Source of the DNA: the human T2T-CHM13v2.0 reference genome, Homo sapiens
Strand: one strand, 5' to 3'
Length of the DNA: 64,000 nt
Assembly: GCF_009914755.1 (NCBI RefSeq)
Contig: NC_060935.1
Part shown: positions 45,165-61,260 of the stretch, piece after piece
How the letters are laid out: each line of letters begins with the position of its first letter
Numbering within the stretch: position 1 is the stretch's first letter
Position numbers and translations under genes: made by a program
The notes under the pieces: model-generated
Databases searched by the model: none
What the model was told of the DNA's origin: nothing
The model's input: the letters and a program-made list of their open reading frames with translations, nothing else

Positions 45165-46574
45165 TCTCTCATATCCATTTATGTATCTATTCATGAGAGG
45201 TTTGGGAGCAAATTTTTAAAACAATTACTCCAACTCTCTGATTTACTTTACCACACAGACAGGGTCTTTATTGATCCCTTCTCTGTGGACCGGAAGCCTA
45301 TTTTTCCGCCATATATTTGCAACTCATTCAAATGATCATCATTACCTTACAGAAAATTAAACGATTCAAGTGGTGCTATCCTACCTTCCCCCAGAGATAT
45401 TATTCTCCTTTCTAAGTGACCCTAGGCTTCAAAGTGTCTAGAGGCACTGACACGTGTCTTGAGACAACAAAAAAGACAGGTGACTTGGATTATCATGCAG
45501 GATCCAGAATAAGCATGTGGTCAGCTAGAGTAGTTTGGCAAGTAAGGATGATTTGGGGTGACTAATATTCCTAACTGTTCTTTGAATGAGTAAAATAAAA
45601 TAAGAAAAAAAATTGCTTATTTTCAGATTTCCTTTCTCACTGAAGCCCTAGAAGGTAATTCAAGAAAACCTTCAACTCTTGTGGGGGGCGGAGGGGAGAA
45701 GAAACATGACATCTCCACTTTTAGCCTAGAGTCCCCCTTTTCTCCCCATCTCATTATGTCATTTCTATTTACATGTGCTGATTAAATAATTTCTTCTCCA
45801 GCCCCCTCCTTGCTTCATTCAGAAACTGTATTGACCCAACTTCCTGGAGAGGAAACCCAAGCTTTGAGAGCCCCTTCCCTAACTGGGATAGCAGGAGCCA
45901 CGCAGGGAACAGATTCTGACCCTGGGAGAAGTCATTACTATATTGAGAAGCATGACACAAAAGATGCAGACCCTCAACTCCACTGCAATAGTATGAAGCA
46001 TTTTAATGTAGAACAGGAAGGCATATGCAAACGTAAAGAGGAATTAAATTCGGTACAACGCCAGACAGTCTCCAGCGCCCCCACCCCCTTGACTGCTCCT
46101 GCTACAAACCAGGGTCAAAGGCAGAGGGGATCAATAATGCTAAAGAGTAGTGCTGCAGTAAGAAACAAATCATTGCAAATAGATAAAATGGTCTCTGTGC
46201 TCAGGGCTCCTGATGAAAGTCCCACATCTGCCATTTGACATTAGCCTAGTGACACCCCCTCCATAGGAGAGGGGAATAAGCAAGAGAGATAGGGAAAGAA
46301 ATAGCAGGAGCCGGGGGTGATATCACAGGATTGTGTTGTCTTCAACTGAGAAGCCCCAAATACCTGTGTCCGTCTGGCCAATTCAAGGAGAAATCACTGA
46401 GGTTGTAAACTATTTTTAGAATCACTGGGGATAAACTATACCTCAGTTTCAAGAGGTCATAAGGTAGCTTAGTGAAGTCAACAGAAGGATAAACAGAAAG
46501 CTAATTGTATTTAATGACTTATATTTGTTAAGTGCTTATAACATAAACCATGCATTTTACTAATAAGAAATGCA

Positions 46575-47399
<825 letters not shown>

Positions 47400-48433
47400 T
47401 CATAAGATTATAAATGGTAGATCCAGGACCAAGGTCTGCTTCACTATAAAGCGAGATAGTGCTCTTAACCCCAATGTTACCTCTCTCAAGGTTCATTTGT
47501 AAATACAATTAAATATCTTTCTCAAAGCATTTCCTGTTGTCGTGGTCTTCAACAGGTAGAGGTCATTAGTGTGCATGTGACCTATCTGGATTCATAGCCC
47601 CTGATGAAATAAGGAGAAAAGTGTCTCTAAAGGTGATTGTGCTGTCTGGTTATAGGGTAGAGCCATAAAACAATGGATTGTAGGGAAATGCAGTCAGCAT
47701 AGAGATTTAAGCCTAGTACTATACCATTTGCTTCCGTTGGCTAAATCTGTTCAGAGAAAATTATGCTGTTGAATTAAAGCAATAAACTGGTGATTTCTAC
47801 TGTTGGTCATTAATCTTCTGTGTTTTTGTTGTTGTTGTCAATATATGACATATAATGGTGAGAACCTTCACTGATAGAAGCAAGAGTAGTATAGGAGACA
47901 GAGAACTGCTTGCCAAGAAATAAATTCCATATTGGGAGTGCACTTTTGCCTTTTCTGTAGGCAAAACGGCCTCAGTATTCCCAAGTCTCTTGACTCACTT
48001 CACTGATGCTACCCTAGCGGTAAAAAAGGAAAAACTCTAAATGACCAACAACCACTTTGTTTTACTTGTGGTTGAAAATTATTTTTCTGCTTTATGAAGG
48101 AAAGTAAGATTTATTGAGCAGGTACAATACATTTCTTATGCTAGGTGATTTATACACACATTATCTCACCGACTTCTCACAACTGTCTTTTGAGATACTA
48201 CATGCCCACCTTCCAGCTGATGGAACTGGAGTTAGAGTGATCAATTTGCCTGGAGCAGCAATCTATGTAGCTGCATAGGAATTCAAGTCCACATTCTTGG
48301 GACTTTCCAGTCAGTACTCTTTCCTCTACTCTCTTCCTTGGTCCTCTTTAATGATTTAGGTCCTTGTCACACCTCTTTGGGTTATCATTCTAAATTTCAA
48401 CAGTCATAGATCAATAGAGTAGGAGGTATAGAT

Positions 48434-48657
48434 CAGAGGTGCCCAATCTTTTGACTTCCCCGGGACACACTGGAAGAAGAAGAATTGTCTAAGGCCACAC
48501 ATAAAACACACTAACGCTAGCGATAGCTGATGAGATTTTTTTTTTAATCGCAAAATATCTCATAATGTTTTAAGAAAGTTTACAAATTTGTGTTGGGCCA
48601 CTTTCAAAGCCATCCTGGGTCACATGTGCCCCACGGGTCATGGGTTACACAAGCTTG
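48434..48657 (+). mobile_element. MER30 hAT-Charlie MITE
   Basis: cagaggtgcccaatcttttg...ggaagaagaagaattgtc...caagcttg; 8-bp TSD gtatagat/gtatagaa. Confidence 0.9.
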
Positions 48658-48954
48658 GTATAGAAGATTAAGCTGAAAAAGTGTACTGAAATAAATGTAT
48701 ATTCTTGAAGTTAATGCTTTGTCTAAACTCTTAAGCTAATGGGTTTATCTCTCTTTATCTCTTTCAACTAAAGTTGGAATATAGAAAAATCATTTTAATT
48801 ACTTGAAAGTTTGGGTTAGCTGATTCCAGATTTCTGGAGACTTAAAGATAAGCATCTCATGTCAAAAAAAAAAACCCCTCTATTGGATAATGAATAATTG
48901 GCAAAGAATGTGAGAGGAGGAGATATAATGCGTCTTCAACCTCTGAGAACCATG

Positions 48955-49190
48955 CATGTAGAGGAAAGAGCTTGATCTGAAAGTCACCCAGTCCCAAATG
49001 AGAATGCTGGATCCACCACTGGGTAAAGTGGAGCAAGTTATTTTATGTCTCTGAGCCTCTTTCTCTTCATCTTTATAATCTAAATGATGCCATCAACCTT
49101 AGAGTGTTGTTATGAGGGCCAAATGAGATGATATATACAAAATGTCAAGCATTCTGCCTGGCACATAGACACCTTCAGTAAAGCTTAGTT
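48955..49190 (+). mobile_element. MIR
   Basis: tctctgagcc...gttgttatgagggccaaatgag...gcctggcacatag. Confidence 0.65.
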
Positions 49191-49234
49191 TCTTGCCCAA
49201 TCCCTTCTGATATAGCTTTTTATTAATGTAGATT

Positions 49235-50272
<1,038 letters not shown>

Positions 50273-51159
50273 CTATGCATCTGTTTATTATACTTGGATA
50301 AGTTGGCTTGAGGGCATGTGCAGTGCACACTGTAGTCCAGTGGAGAGTCCATCTAGGGAGGAAATTGTTTCTTATTCTCACTTTCTGCAAATTGAATTGG
50401 TTGGAGGAAGAGGCCATTTATAGCCTTGCCATTTATAACCATGGCTACACTGGTATTCATGGCTGGGAAGGTGGCATTTCAAACAAAGAATGTCTGACAA
50501 TTGTAGGCCCAGATGATTACTTTACTACTATTTGTTGTGTTGTAGAACAGATCTCCATATTGTGTCATTCGGAGTCACTCACAACTGCCTGGATCCCACA
50601 GATGGTGTCTCCGCTTTTATACTGCCCTACTTTCCCAGAATTTCTCCATCTCCAGGGCCATTACCGCCTCCTGACTCTCTCGCACTTATCTTATTATGCT
50701 ATTATCCTGCACCCAGCACTGGCTGTTTTATTTTCTACTTTCTGCCACAATATTATGGTCCTGAGTTGCAGCCTCCTAGATAGTGTCTGTCTGCTTACTG
50801 TTTGTGTGCTTCGCTGGGGAAAAGGGTGGTACGCAGTCTCCATTTGTACATACGTTATCAGAGGAGAGACAATGCCAAAGCATTCAGGGGAGCGGGAACA
50901 TGCTACTGGGGATGCTGCAGGCAGAGGGAGAGGTAGAGCACTCCAGCTAAAAGAATTAAAACCCATAGTTTAAAGTCACCACATACCCTGATACATAAAC
51001 AATCCAGACTGAAAGGGAAAGTTAGCAATTAGCTAGCAAATTATTTTTACATTCGTTCTCCTTTTTGAAAAATCACTTTGCAGTATTAATATCAAGAGTG
51101 ACTGCCTACACAGAGTTCTCTGCCTCAATTACAGCCATGTTTGCATATAGATTGAACAG

Positions 51160-51380
51160 AATGGAATTCAAGGGTTGTTTGGATCCAGTGCCAGGTTCAA
51201 ATTACACCTTGAGTTTCAAGTATTAGTTGTGTCATCTGGATTATAGTCTTAGCTCTGCAATGAGTCTGCCAGATTACTCAATGTCTTTGAGCCCCCATTT
51301 CCTCATCTATAAAATGGGAATAATACTGTCTATCTTGCATGGTTTTAGGAAAGATAAATGAAATATATATGAGCTTCTGA
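51160..51380 (+). mobile_element. MIR
   Basis: ctcaatgtctttgagcccccatttcctcatctataaaatgggaataata. Confidence 0.7.
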
Positions 51381-53284
51381 TTTTGTGCCTGATTCATAAT
51401 CAGAGCAACTGATGTCTCTTTACTCATCCTTCTTCGTTCTTTAACACTCAAATTCATCATCACTGCATCAATCCACAAGCAATTAATTATTACATAACCC
51501 TGATGGCCTATCTTACCAGCTAAAATGAAGTTTCCATGGGGCTAGAATCATTGCATTTTACTCAGCCCAGGGACTTAGACTAAAAGCTCAACAAATATTA
51601 GTGGATTTAGGAGAGAGTGGGATGATAAACCTGTACAACAACTGATGAGTTCAAGGGAAGAGAAGATTATAGTTTTCCTAATTTGATTTTTTAGCCACAT
51701 TCTTATACAAATTATCATTAGTAGTAACCTTTTCAAAAATATTCTTTCTCTATTTTTATGTACAGAAAATGAGAGAGAGAAAGAAAGAAAGAGAGAAAGA
51801 GAGAGAAACAGAGAAAGAAGATAATCCTTAGAAGCTTCCTATGCTAAATAGCAGTCTCTGACCCATATTAACCAGAATGCTCACAGAAAACAAACCAATC
51901 ACTTCTAAGGATAATTACTACTAATTATCTTCATTAGTAAAGATATTGTAAGGCCAGATGATTACTTTACTACTGTTCGTTGCAGGCATGATAAAGTTTG
52001 AATCAAACTCTGATTTACTATTAATTCTCTTTATTAGTAAAGATAACTAGCAGTAATAATATTAGTATTACCACTAGTTTAGTATCAATACTACTAAATA
52101 CTAGTAGAACTAGTATTATTACTATTAATAATTACAATTCACTACTAACCACTTCTAGAGATAATTTAGAAGGAAGATGTGATTTAGGAAAAGAGGGAGG
52201 GAGAACCCCTGCCTCCCACAGCTAAACAAAAGTGACTTTTCAATTTTCTGACATTTTAATATTATCAGTGTTAGTATTCTAGTCCAGTGATGAAACAGAT
52301 TGAAAGTTGACAGTGTATCTTTCCTGAACTCTCAAGCAGATCATAATCAGACATCATCTTTATTTACTGAACACCTACTACGTGTCCCTAGCTCAGCAGC
52401 CCAGAAACTAATTCAGATCAGCTTAGCCCCCACGGGATGAAGTTTGAGCCATGCATGATAAAGTTTGAATCAAACTCTGATTTAGAAGGAAGAAACAAGC
52501 GAGCCGCCTCAAAAGGAAGGAAAAAGGCACCGGCCCCCATTCTGGGAGGGACATCGCCTCGACCTCTCCTCAAAGGAAGTCTTAAGTGTGGACCCAGGTG
52601 CTGCTGAGGGGGGCCTGGTAGGGCGGGGGAAGATAAAAGGCTTTCTAGAGGCCCTCTGACCCCAGCCATCCCACGGGAAATGAGCGAGGAGGCTGCTGGC
52701 TGGCAGACAAGCAGGTGTGCCCTTCAGAAGCCACGGAGATTAGCTGGGGCTTATCCAAACCTCTGCAGGAGGCAAATCTCTCCTGGTTCTCTCAGGAGAC
52801 CTCGGTGCTCCTCTGGCATCAAATAAGCCAGATGCAGAATGAACGTCAACTTGGCCTTTTGTGAATCTAGGGCCCCAGACTGGGAATCGGGACACTATCA
52901 TACTCACCAGGGCCCCAAAGAGAATAAGTTTTTAGAGAGTAAATTTAAAAAAGGAAAAGGGGGAGAAAAATGACTTCAAGGCAAGATCACAGATGAAGCT
53001 TCACTTATGTTTGAATCTTTGTCTTTGGAGCAATTGTCTGCCACCCATATTAGACCAAAAGCTGCTTTTTTCTCTAGAAAACAACTTCTGGGGAAAATAG
53101 GTGATATTTGTTCTTCAGCAAAGGTAAAAACCAGAAGACTCAAAGGTTGAGAGCTCTCTTTCTCAGAAACTCCAAAAGAAGAAAGCAAATTAGCAATTTC
53201 AGCAGTGAGAGGAGGGGGACGTAGGTCCCCATGGGTGTAGAATATGTCAGCTTTGTGCTGTGTCAAAGTATATGGATGTCCAAG

Positions 53285-53520
53285 AAAGATCAGTGGTGTT
53301 AGATCCAGCCGATCAAATATGCATTGAAATTCTGATTCTTCTATGTATCTGCTGTGTTATTTTAAAGCAGTCACTTAACCTCTCTGAGCATCAATCATCC
53401 CACCCTAAGATGAGCCCAGCAATGGCTCCTTCACAGAGCAGTTTAAGCATTAATAGGATAACTTATGTAAACACCTGGCATAGTAACCAGCACATAGAAG
53501 ACGCTAAAGAAAAATTAGCA
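53285..53520 (+). mobile_element. MIR
   Basis: gtcacttaacctctctgagc...cctggcatagta. Confidence 0.6.
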
Positions 53521-53555
53521 CCTTCTATTTTTCCCTTTCTTTCAGCAATCCAATC

Positions 53556-53990
53556 ATATATATATTAGCTATACAGATAGATATTATATATCTACTATAT
53601 ATTACATAAAATGATGGATTACATATTTTATATATCTACAATGTATATTATATAATTGATATATATTATATGATATATAATTGATATATATCAGTGTTAC
53701 TATTACATTCAATGATGAAACAGATTGAAAGTTATATATATACAATATGATATATAATTATATGATATATAAGAGATATATATTATATGATAATAATTGA
53801 TACATATCAATTAATATCATTGATATCAGAAGTCACAGGTATCAATTATATATCATATATGTCATATGTCAGATATCAATTATATATTTTATATTATAGA
53901 TCTATATTTTATATATATCTATATATAGATATATTTTATATTATAGATATATATTTTATATATATATTATAGGTATATATTTATATATAT
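53556..53990. repeat. Long TA-rich low-complexity tract
   Basis: About 430 bp, mostly (TA)n variants. Confidence 0.9.
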
Positions 53991-54189
53991 CTCCCTCATA
54001 TAAAACAAAAGATAAAATCCTTACTATTTTGGACCTGTAGAAACCCATTCTCAGCAGGATAAGTACTTGCCCAAACTTCACATAGACAGAAAGAGCAGAG
54101 GTTAGAACACAGATCTCCCTGATGCCCTTGCTAGAACTTGCTGTTTAATTGGCACCATAAAGACAGCCTAATACTCAGTCTCAGAATGA

Positions 54190-54680
<491 letters not shown>

Positions 54681-55718
54681 TCAATACTTTTAACTAGTAA
54701 TGTCACCAAGAGCTCTTTTATCTTTTAAACTGGTTGTGCCACATATATATATAAGACAATTCACTCTGGAGAGGCTGAAAATGTAGAGCTGTCCCTGATT
54801 CAATAACAACAACAACAACAACAACAATAATAGTAACTTTATTTTATTTTATTTTCAAAGCCCCCTTCTTCACGAGCACTTATGGCAAAAGCAGGAATAT
54901 AACTCTGAGGACTGATCCACAGCCTTCCCCCAAACTATCCCAATTATTTTTGTGGTAGGAAGTTTCTCTGTGAGAGATCAGATTGTGGTAAACCTTGTCT
55001 TTGTTTGTTCCCAGAAATAGTTGAATTTCTACTCCTGTTAGAATTGTCTTGTCACCAACAGCTAAACTTTCATAATTTTAGAACTAGAAGGAATCATGTA
55101 CAGGTTCTAATTTTCCCCTCTTGCTTTCTAAATGAAGAAATTAAGGGAGACTCAGAGATGTGGAATAACTCACCCAAAGACAAGAAACAAACATGGCCAG
55201 CTCTTCACCTCATGCTTTCCCCAGAGTTTCAGGGACCCATGTGTGGACAAAAGAAACAATCTTCTTGGGCAATCTTTATTTTCCCCACAGAGCTAACTGT
55301 GCACAGAGCCCATGATAAAGGCACTTAAGTCCAAAAGAGCACAATTATTATGACAAATATCCAAATATTTCATTAAACATCCTCAGGAAAAAGTAAATAA
55401 ATAAAATGCCAAAAAGTCCTTCAAAGATTTGAAAGCAGCATTGCCTTTTTAATTTAGAGCTTTCTTTGTGGATTGTCAAAGCACTTAAAATTTTTGAAAC
55501 TGCTATAATTAATTATTATTAAGCTAGCAAATCACTGAAAATATAATCTTTGGTTTATTTTCATTATATCTGATGAAATTGTTTCACACAACTAAAATTA
55601 ACTGAGCACTTACTACGTGCCAGGTAGATGCTAAGTGCTTAGAATACAATGATGAAAAGCCATCGTCTCTCTGCTCAAGAAATTCACAGTCTAGGGTGGG
55701 GTAAAACAGCTACTACAC

Positions 55719-56875
55719 AAAATAGATCAATGACCTAAATGTAAGACCTAAAACTATAAAACTCTTAGAAGAAAACATAGGAGAAAAATTTCATGACACT
55801 GGATTTTTTCAATGATTTCTTGGATATAACACCAATAGCACATGCAATAAAAGAAAAAGTAGATAAATTAAACTACATCAAAGTTAAAAGCTTTTGTGGA
55901 CTAAAGGACGAAATTAACAGAGTGAAAAGACAACTCACCGGATGGAAGAGAACATTTGCCAATCATAGATCTGATAAAGGATCCAGAATATATAAAACAC
56001 TACCAAAACTCAACAACAAAAAAACCAGACAACCTGATTCAAAAATGAGTAGACTTGAATAGACATTTCTCCAAAGATATACAAGTAACCAGTAAGCACA
56101 GAAAAAAAACAGCATAACTAATTATTAAAGAAGTGCAAATCAAAACCATGATGAGATATCACTTTACCCCTATTAGGATGGCTACCATTAAAAAAAAAAA
56201 ACACAGAAACTAATAAGTATTGATGAGGATACGGAAAAATTAAAATCCTTACTGGAATGTAAAATGGTGCCACTGCTATGGAAACTAGTGTAGTGGTACT
56301 TCAAAAAATTGAAAACATAGTTACCATTTGATCTCTCAATTCCAATTCTGAGTTTGTACCCAAAGGAATCGAAAGCAGGGACTCAAAGAGAGATCTGTAG
56401 CAGTATTATTCTTAATAGCCAAAAGATGGAAGCAAACCAAGTGTCCATGGATGGATGAATGGATAAATAAAATGTGGCATATACATACAATGGAATATTA
56501 TTAAACCTTAAACAAGAAGGAAGTTCGGACACATGCTATAACATGGATGAACCTAAAGGACATATGCTAGGTGATATAAGCCAATCACAAAACAACAAAT
56601 ATTGTATGAAACCACTTATATGAAGTATCTAGAGTTCAAATTCATAGAGATAGAAAATAGAATGGTGGTTTCCAGGAGCTGAGGTGAGGGAGTAATGGAT
56701 AAACATTTTTAATAGATACAGAATTTCAGTTTTGCAAAATGAAAAGAGTTCTGTGGATGGATAGTGGTGATGCTAGCACAACAGTGTGAATTAGTTTACA
56801 ACTACTGTACATACAGTTAAAAATGGTTAAGATGGTAATTTTTATGAATTTTTTTACCGAAATTTTAAAAATATA
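55719..56875 (+). mobile_element. L1MB-type 3' fragment (ORF2 end and 3'UTR)
   Basis: ORF 55793-56062 is decayed ORF2 (KEKVDKLNYIKVKSFC); L1MB-like 3'UTR; flanking tactacac repeat at 55711-55718 and 56880-56887. Confidence 0.88.
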
Positions 56876-58893
56876 CAAGTACTACACTCACCATTATTAG
56901 TAAACTCACCAGATGCCAGCATAGGTCTCCAGGGACTATATTAGGTGGAACCCCTATAGAAATCCACTCAAAAAGAAATCTTCAGATTCTATTGAAAGTA
57001 TAATATGATATACTGAGAGTAAAAGAGAAGAAGCTTTGTTGAAAAAAGCTGGTAAACTGCAGAGCCCTATCTAGTCTTTTTTGGAGACCATAAAGCTCAC
57101 TAGAACGTTATAAAACCAATAGTGCTAAATTTTTCCATTAATAAAAATCATTTTAAATGCCATTTCCATCTCTATAGAATATACACATTAGGACAGACAA
57201 ACATTAGTTTTTGCCATTGACCATTGAGAGGCTGTGCTTCATGGTATGTGGCAGGGGCATGGGTACTGTTTGCCAGGCTTGGGGGATCTTTGTTGTTATT
57301 TGGTACATTTTAGAAACAAACGTTAAACTCGCTGGTAAGGACTTACCAGTTGTACTTCCTCGAGGAGATACTCTAGATCTTAGTTCCTCTTAGCAGTGAA
57401 GGTTTCCTGGAATGTCATAGTCTTGGAAGGAGGTGAACGATTGGATGTGTAACACCGGGATCTTCACTGAGAGTGAATACAAGAAAAATCAATTATCTAA
57501 GATGCAGGTAAAATAATTTCCCATGACCCCAACATTCATAGATGTCATCCAATCTATCAGTGCCTTTAAAAAGCCACAACTTTACTCAGAGCATTTAACA
57601 AGCTCTCCTTTTATGTCTTCTCTTTGCTGGATACTGTGAGAGGTTAGGGGTATGCATAAACAAGATACAATCCCTGTATTTGATAATCTTACATCCTAGA
57701 GTATGACAAAGCATAAAGAAGGAATGACAATGTCATTATATAGGATATATTTTGGTTTCATCTGCATAAGCTAAAGAAAGCACACACACCTCCCCTCACA
57801 CCACTTTCCAACGAGACAGCCAAAGCCTATAGAAACGAAAAAGTGAGTCAAGTAATGCCACTTCATGCATTTTGTCCAATGAGGTGACTGTCTGAAATCC
57901 ATAGTTTCTGATGCCCAGTGTCCCCCTCATGAGATGCCCCATCTCCATCTGAACTTGGTTGGAGCCAGAAACTAAGACTGAGATTGTAGTCTCCCATCCT
58001 CATTCAAGCTCGTGAGCCTCCCAAATAGGAAACACTCCCTGTCCCTTGGCCACAGAATAGGCAGCCACTTGATCAGAAAAGCAAGCAGCCAGCTAGTGCA
58101 AATGGCAAATCCATCAGCACCATTATCCAAATGGTAAGGTTGGCAGTATTGTCGTCACAAATTAAAAATGACACATCACAACAATTACATGGCTTCTCAC
58201 TGCCTGACATGCTGGTTCAGCCTAATTCCCAGACTGTTTCAGACACCCAAACAAATTAACACGTTTTCTAATGATATAAAATTGTGTTGCTCTGTGTGTG
58301 TGTATGTATGTGTAAACCTCCATACAACCACATCATCATCAATTAAATATTTATCAGAGTTCCACTGACCTGTGACAAGCATCAGCAATTGGCCCTTGGA
58401 GCATCAGTGTTGGCTATTTTTTAAAGCCAGCTTCTAGCCTCGGTCAGTGGAACATGTTAAACCTCAATGAACAGCTCTCACTATCTTTTGTACTGGATCC
58501 ATACTCCAGGCTGAAGGAAGCTTTTAGAACCAGCAAGAACCAGATGGCCCTCCAAGATCATTTTTGAATGTTTGGATCTGAGTCATTTGTATGCGGAAGC
58601 CTTCACAAAATAGCAATCTGGGGAACATGCTCCAGGCTGAGTCCAGCTTTCCAGACAGCCCATCTTTGCCTACAATTGAGAAGACAAGCACAATATTGTA
58701 GGGTTCCACAAAAATATTGCAGCATTTATCTATATGTGTAGCACCAAATACATGGAGTGTCCCAGTCAGGCTGTCACTACAATGGTAGTTCGCCACCGCT
58801 CTTCCTCCTCACTCCCCCTAATTATTTTTCTTTTTTCTATTGTACCTACAGTTTCTCTTCTAGCACAGGCATAAAGCCATCTTTGCAAATCGG

Positions 58894-58907
58894 CCAGCAG
58901 AGGGTAC
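58894..58907 (+). promoter_or_regulatory. CTCF-like motif CCAGCAGAGGGTAC
   Basis: 13/14 match to CCASYAGRKGGCRS. Confidence 0.45.
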
Positions 58908-59177
58908 TACAATACTGGTGCAATAATCCAAATCACAGCAAATTTACAGCTGAAAAAGATTTAGACAAATTAAAATGGGCTTTGGTTTTATGATGTGCTT
59001 GGAGCTCCTAGCCAGAAATAAGAGAGTGGTGGGATGGAAGAGATGGAACCAAAACTGGTAGACAGGGACTGCTCATCAGAGGAAGAGGCAAGGCAGCAGT
59101 GTAGGTTCAGTATCACTAATCCGGGGGTGAGGCAAACCTAGATTCAAAAGTGAGAAGGAATCAAAACTAAGGGGTCA

Positions 59178-59735
59178 ACCGCTTCTAGGTATTCACCCTA
59201 GAAAAACTTTTTAAATACCTGTATGTGAATATTTATAACAGTTCTATTTATAATCACCCCAAACTAGGAACAATCCAGATGTCTTTTAATCAGTGAATGA
59301 AGAAACCAAGTGTGGTATATCCATACAATGGAATACTACTCAGGGGTAAAAAAGAAGAAATTATGAATACATACAGTAACAGGGATGAATCTCAAAGGCA
59401 TTATGTTGAGTGGTGGAAGCCATTCTTAAAAAGAAAGTTAGATAAATATGAGTCCATTTAGATGACATTCTCAACAGATCAGCAATTGCCAGAGATTGGG
59501 GCTGAAGAGAAGGTATAACTATAAAGAAATAGCATGAAAGAATTCTTTGGAGTTATGGAAATGTTCTGTATTTTATTACTGTTGATGATTACATCAATCT
59601 ATACATGTGTTAAATTTATAGAAACAGTACACCAAAAATTAATGTCAGTGTTTCAGCTTAATGTAAAATTGTTTCATTAATGGTATGCTAAATTTAAAAA
59701 AGAAAATTTTAAAAAGAAAAAAAAGACATTAAAAA
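59178..59735 (+). mobile_element. Ancient L1M (L1MC/ME-like) 3' fragment
   Basis: tgtggtatatccatacaatggaatactactcag; gatgaatctcaaaggcattatgttgagtg; ggaaatgttctgta. Confidence 0.75.
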
Positions 59736-60719
59736 AAGATGGAGCCTGAGGGCAGAATGGGATAAGCAGATAAAGAGTGAGGCCAATTTGAGGTCTCATC
59801 AAGCATTTATAGAGGAGGTAAATTATGAGAAGACAGAGTTGAGTTGAGACTTGGAGGACAGACTAATAGGAAATTGGTGAGAAGATCAGGTTCTTCACAC
59901 TCACTTTGTTTTTGTGAACAGTGGTGTTTCACTGAGTATCAACCAGCAGCTTGAGCTGAAGGGACCACAGAAGCCACCTGGACCCACATGGTGTTGATGG
60001 ACAAGAAGGTCACCAGTCAGGGTTGGTGCAGGACCAGAATCTGCCCACCCTAGGAGCCAGCATCTATGCTGGTGTAGAAAAGAATCAAGTTAATTCTAGG
60101 AGCCATCATCATGACAGTATAGACAGCCTCAAGTTAATTCTTCACCTCACTCGCTGGTAGGAATAGGCTCATTATCTTTGGGCAGGGGTTTAGTTGAGAG
60201 AGGAAGTGATAAACAAAACTAGATAAATGTAATCTAACCCTCTCATTTACAGATGAGGAGCCTGGGAGAGCAAAGCAGTGTGAGTTCTCCAAATTGCACA
60301 GCTTATGAGTGCCCTTCAGGGTTCTGTAAGTTGGCCCTGGACCAGGGACCAGGAATGGTATTTCTTCTCATCTGCCTTAGGAAGGTGAGATTGTGTTTTA
60401 TATTTAAAAGATAGCAAGACAAACAATGGTGACTCCATAGCATGCCATTAGAATCCATTGAAAAATATACTACCTCCCTTCAAACCTTTGTTGTTGTTCT
60501 TTTCTCAGATGAATTGCTCGAGAATTCCTGTGCCTGATTCTTATATCAGCCTTCTCTTATTCTATCCAATGATTAGACTGCTGATTGAAAAAAACAGTCC
60601 AAGAGTTCTTATCTATCAGATTGCCTCCTATGTCTATCTATGTTTTTTGTTTCTGTCTAACTTTGGAGAGCTCAGAAGGAGGAGGACAGTCTCACACTTT
60701 GCAATCTCACTCTTAGATT

Positions 60720-61260
60720 GAATGGTATGCGAAAAAAGTCCTGGTTGAGAAGTTGAGGCACAGGTTTTGCTCCAGATTTGCTGATAACTGCATGTGAGAT
60801 TTTAGGTAAGTCTCTTCCTTTCTCTGGGCCTTAATTTCCTCCTCTATAAAGTGAGCCAGTTGGATTTGAAGATCTTAAAGTAATTTCTAGTCCTACAATG
60901 TTTCACTTCTATATTTAGTCTTAAGTGTAAATGATAAATACTTAAACTGATGCACAAAAGAACTGATAATTTTCAGTTTAATTCAAAAATATGTACTTAG
61001 AGTCTATTTTCAGGCTATATACTAGCCATGAGGGATATTAAAATAATTAAGAAATAAACCCTGCCTTTAAGCACATACAATCTATGGATTAGAACAAGAG
61101 TCTGGAGTTAAAGGTTACAGATTCAAGGACACTGCTCTACTTGAAATGACTCAGACCATTTATTTAACCTCTCTGAACCTATTTCTTCATCTATAAATTG
61201 TGAATAATAATAGCTCCCCCTGGGAGTGAAGAATAAATGAAAGTATATTAGTTTTTATTA
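60720..61260. mobile_element. MIR/L2 relic cluster
   Basis: ctctgggccttaatttcctcctctataaa; tttaacctctctgaacc...catctataaa. Confidence 0.55.

Noticed and set aside
50308-50973. Longest ORF (221 aa)
   Set aside because: TTG start, no recognisable domain, Leu/Cys/His-rich composition typical of chance ORFs, and no supporting splice structure.
60085-60141. 13-bp direct repeat tcaagttaattct (similarly agggaaccatc at 7961 and 7980)
   Set aside because: Too short to interpret without orthologs.
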